DNA of 64,000 nucleotides from Adineta vaga (lineage: Eukaryota > Animalia > Rotifera). Under the pieces are notes generated by a model. That model made no database searches, was not told the DNA's origin, and worked only from the letters and a program-made list of their open reading frames with translations. Position numbers and translations under genes: made by a program. Each line of letters starts with the position of its first letter. Position 1 is the stretch's first letter. Where the stretch lies: NCBI GenBank assembly GCA_021613535.1, contig CP075493.1:12772001-12836000 (forward strand), written 5' to 3'. Of the stretch, positions 63,541-64,000 are shown piece after piece.

Positions 63541-64000
63541 TCATCTAATCGCTGCTTTATTTCTTGTTCGTACAAACTCCAGAATTGATTCTAACCAACC
63601 ACGACAGTACGCTGCAATCGAATGAGCAAATTCATCTAATGTCATTTGATTTTCTTGCCATTCCATAAACCAGGGAGCGGAAAGAAAATCTGAATGAATC
63701 AGTCGAAAAGAACACCGAGTGAAAAGTTCATTGTATGCTTGACAATAAAATGGAACTGTGTAATCAAGTAATTCTTTTTCTGCTAAGCCAACTTGTTGAG
63801 CACACTTATTAAGTATATCAGTAACATTTTCGAGTCCACACTTTGTTTGATCATTATCAAGACAAACATTAACAAGAATGAGAACGACCACTGACGATGC
63901 TATTGTACGACTTGTCATCTTCGAGAAGTTGGAAGATCATTGTGAACGACCAACAACTTTCGTCTATTTTCCTTCATTTCTTGCAGATATTTAATAATTA
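63541..64000 (-). CDS. 3' part of an unidentified gene running off the window
   Basis: Open frame of at least 125 aa ending at the TGA at 63541-63543; protein-like composition; no motif recognised. Confidence 0.45.

Overview
AT-rich eukaryotic (animal) genomic DNA with short (~45-80 nt) GT-AG introns and dense genes. The gene content (many orphan 7TM receptors, F-box/LRR genes, ankyrin-ADP-ribosyltransferases, EGF-7TM relics, and several bacterial/fungal-type enzymes) most resembles a bdelloid rotifer such as Adineta; this is an inference. The window holds about 25 apparently intact or near-intact genes, several pseudogenes, one tRNA-Asn, a solo LTR and two MITE-like elements. Highlights: (1) two paralogous F-box genes whose LRR regions are arrays of 84-nt phase-0 exons, one LRR per exon. 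The larger (4476-8795, 29 LRR units) also shows a stop-containing exon, a collapsed intron, a three-exon block duplication and a solo LTR inserted exactly in a splice donor, making it a candidate exon-shuffled or alternatively spliced recognition system. (2) An intact IucA/IucC-type (NRPS-independent siderophore) synthetase head-to-head with a divergent ITPK1-type ATP-grasp enzyme. (3) A WW-less PCIF1-type amino-methyltransferase split at a UUU-UAA site. (4) A bacterial aspartate beta-decarboxylase carrying a spliceosomal intron. (5) A serine-less monoacylglycerol-lipase homolog head-to-head with an intact ABHD6-like lipase. (6) Interstitial CCCACA/CCCTCA repeats. Several single frameshifts may be assembly errors. 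All homology calls are from motif recognition, not database searches.
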